Below are positions 48,980-59,430 of a stretch of 64,000 nt of DNA, one piece after another. Location of the stretch: NCBI GenBank assembly GCA_965218435.1, contig CBDCKW010000009.1:960001-1024000 (forward strand). The letters run 5' to 3'. Made by a program: the position numbers and the translations under genes. This stretch comes from Truepera sp. (lineage in GTDB: Bacteria; Deinococcota; Deinococci; Deinococcales; Trueperaceae). Each line of letters begins with the position of its first letter. Position 1 is the stretch's first letter. The notes beneath the pieces were generated by a model, which saw nothing but the letters and a program-made list of their open reading frames with translations, was not told the origin of the DNA and did not search any database.

Positions 48980-49894
48980 TTACGCAGTAACCGCGTTTTC
49001 AGTAGGATAATGAACCTCAGTCAGCTTTTCCGATACGCGCCAGAGCCGCTCCGCTAAAGCGCTGTTTTGCGCGTCCGCCGACATCGAGACCTTTTCTGGG
49101 TAGCCGCGCATCTCTTGAAATCCGTCCGGGCCGTAGTAATCATTAGGCTTAATGTCCGGCGCAGTCGCGGCGTAAAGCGTCGGCAGTGCGCCCATCTCGG
49201 GTTTTTGACCGAGCACAGGGTTGAGGAACTTGAACAAGCCGGAGGTTGCCTGCAAGTTGGTGCCGGTATAGCCGGGGTGCGCCGCCGCCGCGAGCGCGTC
49301 TAGCTGCTCACGGGCAAAGTACACATTGAGTTGCCGCATAAAGAGCAAATTGGCGAGTTTACTCTGCCCATACGCGGCCCACGGCTTGTACCCTTTTTCG
49401 GCCTGCAAGTTGCCAAACTCGAGTTTGGCCATCCGGTGCGCCCCACTGCTCACGCTGATGACCCTGGCCTCCAGTGTCGCCCGGATATGTGGTAGCAAAA
49501 GGCCGGTCAGCGCAAAGTGTCCGAGATGATTCGCGCCGAACTGCAACTCAAAGCCGTCTTTGGTTTTGGTAAACGGCGGCACCATCACTCCGGCGTTATT
49601 GATCAGCAGGTTGAGCTTGTCAAACTTACGCCCGAACGCCTCGGCAAAGGCGTGGACTGAGGCGAGGTCGGCGAGGTCTAAGTGCATGATAGTCAGTTGT
49701 GCGCCCGGTAGCTGAGCGCGGATGCGGTCGGCGGCGAAGTCGGCCTTTTGCAGGTTGCGGCACGCCATCACCACCCCGGCACCTTTGGCGGCGAGCGCCT
49801 TGGCGGTCTCAAAACCGATTCCATTGTTCGCCCCCGTCACGACGGCGACGCGGTTCGTTAGTGAAGGCATATTTGCAGCTGTCCAGTGCGGCAT
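48980..49894 (-). CDS. Short-chain dehydrogenase/reductase
   Basis: TGANNGIG, NNAG, NHLGHF, YGQSK; start set at MPHWTAAN (AGGAG RBS). Confidence 0.93.
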   Translation of the reverse strand: MPHWTAANMPSLTNRVAVVTGANNGIGFETAKALAAKGAGVVMACRNLQKADFAADRIRAQLPGAQLTIMHLDLADLASVHAFAEAFGRKFDKLNLLINNAGVMVPPFTKTKDGFELQFGANHLGHFALTGLLLPHIRATLEARVISVSSGAHRMAKLEFGNLQAEKGYKPWAAYGQSKLANLLFMRQLNVYFAREQLDALAAAAHPGYTGTNLQATSGLFKFLNPVLGQKPEMGALPTLYAATAPDIKPNDYYGPDGFQEMRGYPEKVSMSADAQNSALAERLWRVSEKLTEVHYPTENAVTA

Positions 49895-50075
49895 AGTTCT
49901 CCTCGCCTTTCTTTGCACGTGCGGAATATGCGTAAACCCTACCAAAGTCGGAACCGGGCTTTGGTAACTCAAGCGTTAGCAATGAGTACCGAGCAATGGA
50001 CAATGAGGTTTTGGGCTTTTACTCATTGCTCGTTACTCATTGCTAGAATTGCCCTAGAGATTGTGAGGAATTCTA

Positions 50076-51068
50076 ATGTCTACCAACACCAAAGCCCAAA
50101 CCCCTGTGTCCGACTTTATCCGCCACCACTACCGCCACTTCAACGCCGCTGCCCTCGTGGACGCTGCCGACGCCTACACCGCGCACTTGGGAAACGGCGG
50201 TCACATGATGGTCACGCTCGCCGGAGCGATGAGCACCGCCGAACTCGGCTTATCGTTCGCTGAGATGATTCGGCAAGACAAGGTGCAGCTGATCTCTTGT
50301 ACAGGCGCAAACCTCGAGGAAGACATCTTTAACCTCATTGCCCATGACTTTTACGAACGCGTCCCGCATTACCGTGACCTCACCGCGCAAGATGAACAAG
50401 ACCTCTTAGACCGCCACATGAACCGCGTGACCGACACCTGTATCCCCGAAGAAGAGGCGATGCGGAGGCTCGAGGACGCGCTGCTAAATGAGTGGCAACG
50501 CGCCGACGCCGCCGGAGAACGTTACTTTCCGCACGAGTTCTTGTACCGCCTTATTCGCTCGGGGGCGCTCGAGGAGCATTACCAGATTGCCCCTAAAAAC
50601 TCGTGGATGATCGCCGCTGCCGAAAAAAACCTGCCGATTATCGTTCCCGGTTGGGAAGACTCGACTACCGGCAACATATTCGCCGCGCACTGCATCTCCG
50701 GTGATATTAAAAACGTCCACACCGTCAAGACCGGTATCGAATACATGACGTACTTGGCTAAGCTGTATACCCAAACCGCGCCGGAGCACTCCATCGGCTT
50801 TTTTCAAATCGGTGGCGGCATCGCCGGGGATTTCCCCATCTGCGTGGTGCCGATGCTGCATCAGGATTTACGGCGCGAAGGTGTGCCGATGTGGGGCTAT
50901 TTTTGTCAGATCAGCGATTCGACCACGAGTTACGGGTCATATTCGGGGGCGGTGCCGAACGAGAAGATTACCTGGGGCAAGCTCTCGGCAGATACGCCCA
51001 AGTTCATTGTGGAGAGTGACGCGACGATTGTGGCACCTTTGATGTTCGCGCTGATTTTAGAGCAATAG
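50076..51068 (+). CDS. Deoxyhypusine synthase-family protein
   Basis: GAMSTAE, TGANLEED, IGGG, SYSGAVPNEKITWGK, ESDAT. Confidence 0.92.
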   Translation: MSTNTKAQTPVSDFIRHHYRHFNAAALVDAADAYTAHLGNGGHMMVTLAGAMSTAELGLSFAEMIRQDKVQLISCTGANLEEDIFNLIAHDFYERVPHYRDLTAQDEQDLLDRHMNRVTDTCIPEEEAMRRLEDALLNEWQRADAAGERYFPHEFLYRLIRSGALEEHYQIAPKNSWMIAAAEKNLPIIVPGWEDSTTGNIFAAHCISGDIKNVHTVKTGIEYMTYLAKLYTQTAPEHSIGFFQIGGGIAGDFPICVVPMLHQDLRREGVPMWGYFCQISDSTTSYGSYSGAVPNEKITWGKLSADTPKFIVESDATIVAPLMFALILEQ

Positions 51069-51572
51069 GTGGGCGTTCAAGACCAATACTGGAAAGAGCT
51101 TTATCAACTCAGAGTTCACGTAAACTACTTGGAACTCTACCATCAACGGTCTGAAGGTCAAGACAAAGCTGTAAAAATAATTCTTGCCGTTGCTTCCAGC
51201 TCCAGTATCGCTGGTTGGGCTATATGGCAGAAATATAGTTTTATATGGGCATCAGTTATAGCTCTGTCTCAGGTCATTGCAGCCATAAAAGGTTTTCTGC
51301 CATATGAGACAAGACTGAAGTTGCTTACGGGTTTGTTATCAGAACTCGAGGAGTTACTCAATTTTACAGAAATGAATTGGTACTATGTTTCTAATGGTTC
51401 GCTGACAGAAAGAGAGATTCATGAGTTGCAGTTTGAAATACGGAGAAGGAAGACCAAAGCCGTCCACGAGCATCTAGGTTCTAATTCTTTACCGGAGAAA
51501 CCAAAGTTTCATGAAAAAGCAGTTGAGTCGGCTGACATTTACGTCAACAATTTCTACCCCTCGGAGGTATAA
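51069..51572 (+). CDS. Two-TM membrane protein, SLATT-like
   Basis: YW..LY..., TM1 IILAVASSSSIAGWAIW, TM2 IWASVIALSQVIAAIK..LPY; AT-rich. Confidence 0.7.
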   Translation: MGVQDQYWKELYQLRVHVNYLELYHQRSEGQDKAVKIILAVASSSSIAGWAIWQKYSFIWASVIALSQVIAAIKGFLPYETRLKLLTGLLSELEELLNFTEMNWYYVSNGSLTEREIHELQFEIRRRKTKAVHEHLGSNSLPEKPKFHEKAVESADIYVNNFYPSEV

Positions 51573-51574
51573 GT

Positions 51575-51718
51575 ATGTCTGATAACGACAAAAGGGTCTA
51601 CATTCCGCAAGATGACCGCAGACCGAAACCACTTTCCGAAGATAAGGGATTACTTCCAGTTAAAGTGACGCCACAGACTCCACCCGTACAACCTCCAAAA
51701 CAAGAAAAGAAAGACTAA
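51575..51718 (+). CDS. 47-aa Pro/Lys-rich peptide (absent from the ORF track)
   Basis: GGAGGT RBS; MSDNDKRVYIPQDDRRPKPLSEDKGLLPVKVTPQTPPVQPPKQEKKD. Confidence 0.6.
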   Translation: MSDNDKRVYIPQDDRRPKPLSEDKGLLPVKVTPQTPPVQPPKQEKKD

Positions 51719-51761
51719 GTGTTGTCTTGCCGCAATCTTCAGCTAGGCGTACTATCTGGTC

Positions 51762-51968
51762 ATGAGCTATAAAGGCGTCATCACCCTCGAGCCGGGAAAG
51801 CGCAGCGGGAAACCCTGTATCAGAGGGATGCGTATCACGGTTTATGATGTTCTCGAGCTTTTAGCCAGCGGAATGACCCATGAGGAGATACTCGAGGATT
51901 TTCCCTATCTGACAAATGAGGATATCCTAGTCTGTTTCAGCTACGCCGCCGACCGAGAAAAAGCATGA
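51762..51968 (+). CDS. DUF433-family antitoxin
   Basis: PGKRSGKPCIRGMRITVYDVL...GMTHEEILEDFPYL. Confidence 0.9.
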   Translation: MSYKGVITLEPGKRSGKPCIRGMRITVYDVLELLASGMTHEEILEDFPYLTNEDILVCFSYAADREKA

Positions 51969-52146
51969 TAACTGCTTGAGCTGATCTGAAACTTCCATAG
52001 GAAATTAAAAGGTCAAGTGTCGATCTCCAGCCAGGCATGTTGGCACTCTTTTAGAAAACCTCGAGCTACTCGGATACTCCCTAGAACTCATCTCAAAAAT
52101 GGTTCTCAAACTGAGAGCATCTTATCTTACTCGCCTAGCTCGGTTT

Positions 52147-52181
52147 AACCCTTATGGGGCAGAGCCCCATAAGGGTTTTTT
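52147..52181. terminator. Strong hairpin terminator
   Basis: AACCCTTATGGGGC-AGA-GCCCCATAAGGGTT followed by a T-run. Confidence 0.8.
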
Positions 52182-52230
52182 AGATGGCTTTTGCTTCCGT
52201 CTGTCTTGACCTAGAAACCGGAAACGCAGC

Positions 52231-54096
52231 TCAGCGAAACTTTTGCCCGGCTTCAAGGCGGTAGACGCGAACATAATCGAACGACGCGGTGTAGCCTGCA
52301 CCACCAAAGGAAACTAAGCCAATCTTGGCAGCTGAACCGAGTGCGTGTGTCCAGGTACCGCCCCGCACCCACTCACCCCCGGGTACATCGCGTTTGGTGT
52401 AGGCAGTGTAACGCTCTTCGCCTTTGACCTGCTCTTTGGCAATGCGCAGCAGCGTCCACTCAGCCGGTGGTCCGACGACCGTGTTGCCGTACCGCGGGTA
52501 GCCCTCCGGCACCGGTGAAAGTTCTTTGGCAAACTCCGTCTGCCGGGTATTAAAGATCGCTACATCAACCAGCTTGATAAAGTTGTCGTCATCACCGTAA
52601 ATCACTAGGCCCGCTTGGTTGAAGTTGCAGTCGCTACCGCACTTGTCGAGCGGCGCGTCCAGCTTGAGGCGTGTTTCGACGACGTACTCGCGCCGATCAG
52701 CAGGCCGGGTCAGGACGGGCGCGGTATTGCTGTCGACGTAAAGGTCGCCGGGTTGCGTGTTGAACGCCAGTACACCCCCGGTGACGCGGTACTGACTCGA
52801 GTCGGGTTGCCGTACCCAGTTCCAGCGCCGGTCGAGTGTTCTCCCATCGAACTCGTCGCGGTCGATCAGCTTACCGAGCCGGAGGCCGCGGAACGGCTTT
52901 GTCTTGTACTTACTGCGCTCACCGGGTTGAGCCGCAGGCCCGCGCTGGTTGTTGTCCGAAGCCCAATTGCCTCCCCGTACCGTCGGCCAGCCGTCTTGCC
53001 AGTCGAGCGCGTCAAGGAGTAGTGGCCGTTTGGTAAAGCCGACAGCCCCTGCAAAGTAGGGATCATGACGGTCAACCGCGTGATAGAGCGTCCACCACTG
53101 GCCGTCAAAGTCTTTTAAGACGGTGTTGTGACCCGTCCCGACCCAACGGTTGCCGTTCATACTGAGCACCACCGAGCCGCCGACGCGGGGCTCGAGCAGC
53201 GACACCCCTTCACGGTCAACATAAGGGCCGAGTGGGCTGCGCGACCGTCCGGCGAACAGAGAATATCCGGTTAATGGCCCTCGGCAGCAGTCAGTCGCCG
53301 AGACAAATAGATAAAAGTAACCATCCTTTTCAACAACCTCAGAGCCTTCATAACGGTTGTCGATGGTGATACGTGTTTGCCGCGCCTGATCGGTCGCCAG
53401 CCCATCTTCTGAGAGAGGGCGAGCAAAGATGCCCCCATAAAAGCCGCCGAAGTACAGATAACGCTGCGCACCGTCTGTGACAACTTCAGGGTCGATGGCA
53501 CCAAAAAAATTGCACTCGCGTGCGCCAAACGCCCTGCTTGGATTGCCGTTATATTGGGGTTCGACGACCACGGCTCCTGAGTCCGTCCACGGTCCCGCTG
53601 CGCTCGGCGCGGTCGCCACCCCAATCGCTTGGTCACTGTCACAGTTAGGTGCGCCGCTCACCTCGGCGCTGGCGTTCGTCACGATGTAGTAGAGATAGTA
53701 GGTGCCCTTGTGATATTCGATTTCAGGCGCAAATACCGTTGTTCCCGGATCAGCCCAAGTGGGTAGCTCGTCTAGAGCCTCTCCCAGGTAGGTCCAGTCG
53801 GTGAGGTTCGAGGAGCGCAAGATCGGGAGGTTGCGAAAGTTAAACTCACCTTGAGCGTTGCGGTCTTCGTCATTGAGTGGGTCGCGGGTACAGTAGGTGT
53901 ACCAGTAACCATCTTGAGCGTAAAAGGTTGAAGGGTCGGCGCAACTTTCAACGAGACCGTTGCCGATACCTGCTGCGCGAATAGGGACAGGATTCTCGTA
54001 CTTATTGCTTGTTTGCGCGCTCAGTTCAGCTGTTCCCAGCTGTTGACAACCTGCAAGCACCATCACCAAAACTCCAATACTCTGCTGCCATTTCAT
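52231..54096 (-). CDS. GH43 glycoside hydrolase lipoprotein (arabinanase/xylosidase-like)
   Basis: Lipobox LAGC; ADP, FAPE, AIDP, YEG, GTGHN; C-terminal beta-sandwich. Confidence 0.9.
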   Translation of the reverse strand: MKWQQSIGVLVMVLAGCQQLGTAELSAQTSNKYENPVPIRAAGIGNGLVESCADPSTFYAQDGYWYTYCTRDPLNDEDRNAQGEFNFRNLPILRSSNLTDWTYLGEALDELPTWADPGTTVFAPEIEYHKGTYYLYYIVTNASAEVSGAPNCDSDQAIGVATAPSAAGPWTDSGAVVVEPQYNGNPSRAFGARECNFFGAIDPEVVTDGAQRYLYFGGFYGGIFARPLSEDGLATDQARQTRITIDNRYEGSEVVEKDGYFYLFVSATDCCRGPLTGYSLFAGRSRSPLGPYVDREGVSLLEPRVGGSVVLSMNGNRWVGTGHNTVLKDFDGQWWTLYHAVDRHDPYFAGAVGFTKRPLLLDALDWQDGWPTVRGGNWASDNNQRGPAAQPGERSKYKTKPFRGLRLGKLIDRDEFDGRTLDRRWNWVRQPDSSQYRVTGGVLAFNTQPGDLYVDSNTAPVLTRPADRREYVVETRLKLDAPLDKCGSDCNFNQAGLVIYGDDDNFIKLVDVAIFNTRQTEFAKELSPVPEGYPRYGNTVVGPPAEWTLLRIAKEQVKGEERYTAYTKRDVPGGEWVRGGTWTHALGSAAKIGLVSFGGAGYTASFDYVRVYRLEAGQKFR

Positions 54097-54182
54097 CCGT
54101 TCGTTCCTCCCTTAAGATACTTTTGCCTGCCCAGCGCCGACCCCCCAAGCCTCCTACGCACTGCTGCTCTACAAAACATCTA

Positions 54183-55017
54183 CTAGAAGCCATCTCAAAA
54201 ACGCCTAAGCAGCAGTTTGATGCAACCAAGCTGAAGGAAGGCCAAGAAGTTTTGCGAGTAGCGTTCGTAGCGGACGACTAAGCGCCGGAAGTTGCCAAGG
54301 TGGGCAAAGAGCCGTTCGATCTTCCAACGCCTTTTATAGCGCCTTAGTTTACGTCCATCTTGAGTCTTCGCTTTCTTGCGGTTTTTCCTATGAGGTGCAA
54401 TCATCTCAACGCCCGCTTCGGCAAGTTCAGCATCTAAAGGGTCACTGTCATACGCCTTGTCACCGATTAACTTCTCGGGCTTACCTCTGACGTGTCGAGA
54501 TGCGAGAGTTTGCTGTACCAGTCTGACTTCATGCGGTGAAGCAGATGTAACGTAGAGGGCGAGACAAGCACCACTAGCATCCGATATTGCCATGACTTTG
54601 CTACCCTTGCCCCGTTTAGTCTTACCAATTGCCGAGCCCCTTTTTTTGCCGCTACGAAGGTGCCGTCTATAAAGCACTCGCTTAAATCAAGCTCACCACG
54701 TTCTTCCAAATCTTGCGCTAAAGTCTCTAAAACACTCTGTAGTACACCGTTTCTCTCCCATTCTTGGAAACGCCGGTGACACGTCTGGTAGGGCGGATAT
54801 CTGCTGGGCAGGTCAGCCCATTGTGCGCCGGTTCTGAGTATCCAGCAGATACCTTCAAGTACCTCTCGTGAAGGGCGTCTAGGCCGACCTTTACCGTCTT
54901 TACGTCGAACCGGCTCGGGAATAAGTGGCCCGAGAATCGTCCACTGTTCATCTGTTAGTTCCATACCACTTTTTAGCAGCTATCCAGCTGACTATTCGTT
55001 TTTGAGATGGCTTCTAG
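54183..55017 (-). mobile_element. IS5-family (IS427-like) element; two-ORF transposase 54467..54964 + 54195..54677
   Basis: Perfect 21-bp inverted ends CTAGAAGCCATCTCAAAAACG including the CTAG target; A7G4 slippery site at 54637-54647; LRTGAQW, GDKAYD, RWKIER. Confidence 0.95.
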
Positions 55018-55318
55018 AAATGTACTAGACGCGCTGACATCTCGGTGCCAGAAAGCACCTTTTGCCGAAGCGACGCAAGTTGTAAACTACCTGGTTAATA
55101 TACGGAAGCTTATCAGGCTTGTCAAATGTCCAGACAAACTAAAACCCCAAAACTTTGCGTTTTGTGGCAAAGTCGTGGCCCAAGCTCATGAAATGGTGTC
55201 AGCAGAGGAGAAACGTCAACCAGACGTACGACTCAGCTTGACTACAGAAGCGACGCGTCCCGAAATACTTCAAGCATTTTTGAGTAGATAGACTGCGTTT
55301 GAGCCCGAGCCTTTTAAC

Positions 55319-57883
55319 TTACTTAGCCTCGAGCCAATTCTGCCCCAACCCAACCTCAGCGGTGATCGGTACATCGAGCTCATAAGCCCCTTCCATCGCC
55401 GCTTTGACGGTTTCGGCCACCGCCTCGGCGTCACCTTTAGGCGCTTCGATCACGAGTTCGTCGTGAACTTGTAAGAGGAGTTTGGAGCCTGAAGCGGCGA
55501 GTTTGGGGGCAACTTCTAACATCGCCAGCTTGACAATATCGGCCTGCGTGCCCTGAATCGGCATGTTGTAGGCGGTGCGTTCGGCGTATTCGCGGGCGTT
55601 GCGGTTTTTGCTGCCTATGTCAGGAATCATCCGGCGGCGGCCCAAAAGCGTCTCGACGTAGCCGTTTTGCCGGGCGAACTCGAGCGTCGTCTCGATATAT
55701 TTCTGCACCTTCGGATAGCGCGCGAAGTACGTTTTGATAAAGGTGTCGGCCTCGGCGTAGTCAATACTCAGCTCGCGGGTCAGGCGGTGCGCGGACATGC
55801 CGTAAAGTACGCCGAAGTTGATGATCTTCGCGACGCGGCGCATGTCCGGCGTAATCTTTTCCGGGTCTGCGCCGTAAATTTGCGCGGCGGTGCGGCGGTG
55901 GATGTCTTCGCCTGAACGAAAGGTTTCTAGGAGCGCCGCTTCACCGGTGATGTGCGCCAAAATCCGCAGTTCAATCTGCGAATAATCCGCGACTAAGAGC
56001 GTCATGCCTTCATCCGCGATAAAACCGCGCCGGATTTCACGGCCGATTTCGGTGCGAACCGGGATATTTTGCAGGTTCGGATTCGTGGACGAGAGCCGCC
56101 CAGTCGCGGTAGCCGCTTGATTAAAGGTCGTGTGCAGCCGTCTGGTCTTAGGGTTGACGAGGCGCGGCAGTGGGTCTAAGTAGGTGCTTTTGAGCTTGGC
56201 GAGTTCGCGGTAATCCAAAATCAGCGGGACGACCGGGTGCGCGTCTCTGAGGGGTTCCAAGGCACTCACGGCTGTTGAGCGTTTGCCGGTCGTAGTTTTC
56301 CGGCCTGCTTGGAGCTCGAGCTTTTCAAACAGTAACTCGGCCAATTGGTCACGTGAGTTGAGGTTTAAGGCATTGTTACCAGCGATTTCCCGGACTTGCT
56401 CTTCGAGCCCTACTAGGGTTTCGTTCATCGCTTCGGACTGCGCGGTTAAAAAGGCGGTGTCAATTTTGACGCCGGTGCGCTCCATCTGCGCGAGGACGCC
56501 CGCGAGTGGGCGTTCGATCTGCTCGTAAAGGTCTTTGAGGCGCGGTTCGGCGGCGAGTTTGGGCGGCAAGAGCTTGAAGAGTTCGGCAGTCGTGACCGCC
56601 CGTGACGCCGCTGTGACGCCCCAGTCAGGTGCGCCGTAACGCCGTGCGACAGTCTCCGGGTTGGCGGTGTTGGGGTCCAGGACGTAGGCCATCAACAAAG
56701 GGTCGTCGCCGGGGGAGACCGCTTCACCCCTTTCACCACGCGACGCGTAGACCGCTAGGGCTTTGGCGTCGCACGCGTTAAGCACGCCTTCACTCGCCAA
56801 AATAGTCTGTTGCCATTCGGGTTCGATGGTGGCGACTGTTCCTGCTGAGGCGACAGCTAGCTCGGTCAGCTCGGCGCTCATCGGGGAGACGCTCGAGAGC
56901 ACAAAGCCCAGCGCCCCGCCGAAGAAAATATCTGCTGAAGCGATTTTACGGTAGCCGTCTCTCGCCACTGCTGACGTGCTGCTTGCAGCCTCGTCCACCA
57001 GCCCCAACTCGCGCAGCATCGAGCCAAACTCTAAACCTTCTAAAAACTCAGTGAGCGCCTCACGTTGCAACTCGCGTTTGGCCCACCGTTCGGGGGCGAT
57101 CTCTAAGTCGGCGTCGGTGACAATCCGTGACAGCTGACGCGAGAACTTGACGTTTTCCATGCTGGCTGCGACTTTTTTGGCGGCACTTTCGGGTTTAAGC
57201 GCCTCAACATTGTCTAAAATGGCGTCGAGCGTGCCGTAGTCTTGCAAGAGCTTTGCGGCTGTTTTCGGGCCGATACCCTTTGCGCCGGGGATGTTGTCCG
57301 AGGCGTCACCGGTTAGTGAGCGGTAATCTACCCACTGCGCGACCGTGACGCCGAACTTGTCCAAGACCTCTCGCGGGCCGAAAGAGTCGTTTTTAGAGAG
57401 CCCCCGCACGGTGATGCGGTCACTCACCAGCTGATAGGCGTCGCGGTCGGACGTGACGATTTCGACCTTGTAGCCGAGTTCGGCGCAGCGGGTGGCAATC
57501 GTGCCGATGAGGTCATCGGCCTCGAGCCCCGGTACTTCGGTCTGGTAGAGCCCTAACAGCTCGACCGCTTGTTTAATCTGCCGAATCTGGCGCGGCAAAT
57601 CTTCGGGCGTGTCGCGCCTGCCCGCTTTATAGCCGTCAAACTGCTCGTGCCGAAAGGTCTTGGCGGGCGCGTCAAAGGTCACGATGGTCGCGTCGAACTC
57701 ACCCTCTTCGTTCATGATGCGCAGTAAAGACCGTAAAAAGCCGTAAACCGCGTTCGTCGTTTCACCTTTGGAATTGCTCAGGTCTCGGATGGCGTAGTAC
57801 GAGCGAAAGGCGAGCGCGTGACCGTCGATAATAACGAGTTTGTGACCGTTACGGTCTGCCGGAGCCGGAGGTGTCTCAGCCAT
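55319..57883 (-). CDS. polA: DNA polymerase I
   Basis: 5' exonuclease (IDGH, EADD, GDASDNIPG); TGRLSS, ADYSQIELR, KIINFGVLYG, QVHDEL. Confidence 0.98.
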   Translation of the reverse strand: MAETPPAPADRNGHKLVIIDGHALAFRSYYAIRDLSNSKGETTNAVYGFLRSLLRIMNEEGEFDATIVTFDAPAKTFRHEQFDGYKAGRRDTPEDLPRQIRQIKQAVELLGLYQTEVPGLEADDLIGTIATRCAELGYKVEIVTSDRDAYQLVSDRITVRGLSKNDSFGPREVLDKFGVTVAQWVDYRSLTGDASDNIPGAKGIGPKTAAKLLQDYGTLDAILDNVEALKPESAAKKVAASMENVKFSRQLSRIVTDADLEIAPERWAKRELQREALTEFLEGLEFGSMLRELGLVDEAASSTSAVARDGYRKIASADIFFGGALGFVLSSVSPMSAELTELAVASAGTVATIEPEWQQTILASEGVLNACDAKALAVYASRGERGEAVSPGDDPLLMAYVLDPNTANPETVARRYGAPDWGVTAASRAVTTAELFKLLPPKLAAEPRLKDLYEQIERPLAGVLAQMERTGVKIDTAFLTAQSEAMNETLVGLEEQVREIAGNNALNLNSRDQLAELLFEKLELQAGRKTTTGKRSTAVSALEPLRDAHPVVPLILDYRELAKLKSTYLDPLPRLVNPKTRRLHTTFNQAATATGRLSSTNPNLQNIPVRTEIGREIRRGFIADEGMTLLVADYSQIELRILAHITGEAALLETFRSGEDIHRRTAAQIYGADPEKITPDMRRVAKIINFGVLYGMSAHRLTRELSIDYAEADTFIKTYFARYPKVQKYIETTLEFARQNGYVETLLGRRRMIPDIGSKNRNAREYAERTAYNMPIQGTQADIVKLAMLEVAPKLAASGSKLLLQVHDELVIEAPKGDAEAVAETVKAAMEGAYELDVPITAEVGLGQNWLEAK

Positions 57884-58109
57884 AAACACGTTGTGAGGCG
57901 TCAAGAGAGGGTGTGCAGAGCATCTATTAGAGTGTACAACGCGTCTTTTGCCGGTGAGGTCGGTTGCCTGAGCTGTGCTAGGGGCCTTCGCTGAGAGCTT
58001 CTATCAGGGGCAGTGCACCGGCCTCAGCTGCGCTAAGCTGACCGTGAGACACCAGAAGTGGCGATGAGCCGACCTTTGGCGTCTTAAAAGGTTGTATTGA
58101 CCGGTTCGG

Positions 58110-59318
58110 TCAATACTTAAGGGGTAGGGCCTCGAGCCCCCGTAGTTGCGGGTTGACGCGCCAGGTCAGCGTATCCGGGGCGGCGTTTAGGGAGAGGTCC
58201 GGAAAACGCTCGAGAAGTGCCCCTAACGCCTCTTCTGCCTCCATCCGGGCCAGAGGAGCGCCCAGGCAGTAATGCACCCCTTGACCAAACGCGATGTGCT
58301 TGTTGAGCTTGCGCGCGATATCGAGTTCATCGGGGTCGGTGAACTGCGTTTCGTCGCGGTTGGCCGAAGAAAGAGCGGCCATCACCATCTCGCCCGCCTT
58401 AATCTGCTGACCCCCGAGCGTCAGGTCCTCGAGTGCAAAGCGGGGGGCCGTTAAGGTCACCGGACCCTCGAGCCGTAACAGTTCCTCAACCGCCGACCCC
58501 AGCAGGTCCGGCTGGGCGCGCAGCTTCGCCAGCTCAGCCGGGTGGGTGAAGAGCGCCAACATCCCGTTGCCGAGCAAGTTCACCGTCGTTTCGTGCCCCG
58601 CGAAGATGAGCAGCGCGACCATCGAGATCAGCTCCTGCTCGCTAAGGGTGTCGCCCGCATCTTCGGCGCGTACAAGTGCCGAGACGAGGTCGTCGCCCGG
58701 TTCGCGCCTTTTGAGCTCGAACAGTCCGAGCAGATAGTCGGTAAACGCGGTCATCTCCGCGGTGTTGTCGAGCTGCTCGTCGGCCGTGACGCCAACTGCT
58801 CTAAACATCGAATCCGACCACGCGCGGAACTTTTCCCGGTCCTCCAAGGGCAACCCCAACATCCCCGAGATCACGTTGATAGGGAGGGGGAAGGCAAAGC
58901 TGTCGATCAGGTCGAACTCGCGGCTACCGGACGCTTCGATGGCGTCGATGAGTTCCCGGGCCAGGCCCCGCACCTGGGGTCTCAACCCTTCGACGAACTT
59001 GGGGGTAAAGCCTTTGCTGACCAGGTTGCGCAAGCGGCGGTGGTCAAGCCCGTCGGTACTGAGCAGATGGGGCGTTCCGTCCAGCGGGCCGACGTTGGCG
59101 GCGTTGGCCGTGTCTTCGCTCAGTTTCAGTTGGCGGGTAGGGCCGAGTCCGAAGCGTGCGTCCTTAAGCACAGCGACGACATCTTCAAAGCGGGTGACGA
59201 GCCAAGCGTCGTGCTCATAGACGCTGAACTTGAAAACCGGGGCCTGCTGACGTAGTTGGGCAAAGGCGGCAAAGGAATCGCCAGAAAAACCGGCACCGAA
59301 CGAGGGGGTTGACTGCAT
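58110..59318 (-). CDS. Cytochrome P450
   Basis: AGHETT, EELLR, FGQGVHYCLG. Confidence 0.96.
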   Translation of the reverse strand: MQSTPSFGAGFSGDSFAAFAQLRQQAPVFKFSVYEHDAWLVTRFEDVVAVLKDARFGLGPTRQLKLSEDTANAANVGPLDGTPHLLSTDGLDHRRLRNLVSKGFTPKFVEGLRPQVRGLARELIDAIEASGSREFDLIDSFAFPLPINVISGMLGLPLEDREKFRAWSDSMFRAVGVTADEQLDNTAEMTAFTDYLLGLFELKRREPGDDLVSALVRAEDAGDTLSEQELISMVALLIFAGHETTVNLLGNGMLALFTHPAELAKLRAQPDLLGSAVEELLRLEGPVTLTAPRFALEDLTLGGQQIKAGEMVMAALSSANRDETQFTDPDELDIARKLNKHIAFGQGVHYCLGAPLARMEAEEALGALLERFPDLSLNAAPDTLTWRVNPQLRGLEALPLKY

Positions 59319-59430
59319 GGTTGCCTCCAGGCGTAGACGGCAGCTACTACGTCTACCCGGTTATATTAGCTGCATTTTGCATTAGCTGCATGAAGCAGGT
59401 ATACAAACTTGCTGAGGACACTTCGTTAAG

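Noticed and set aside
50076..51068. Bacterial hypusination system
   Set aside because: Bacterial DHS-family proteins are known and linked to homospermidine synthesis; no eIF5A-like partner here
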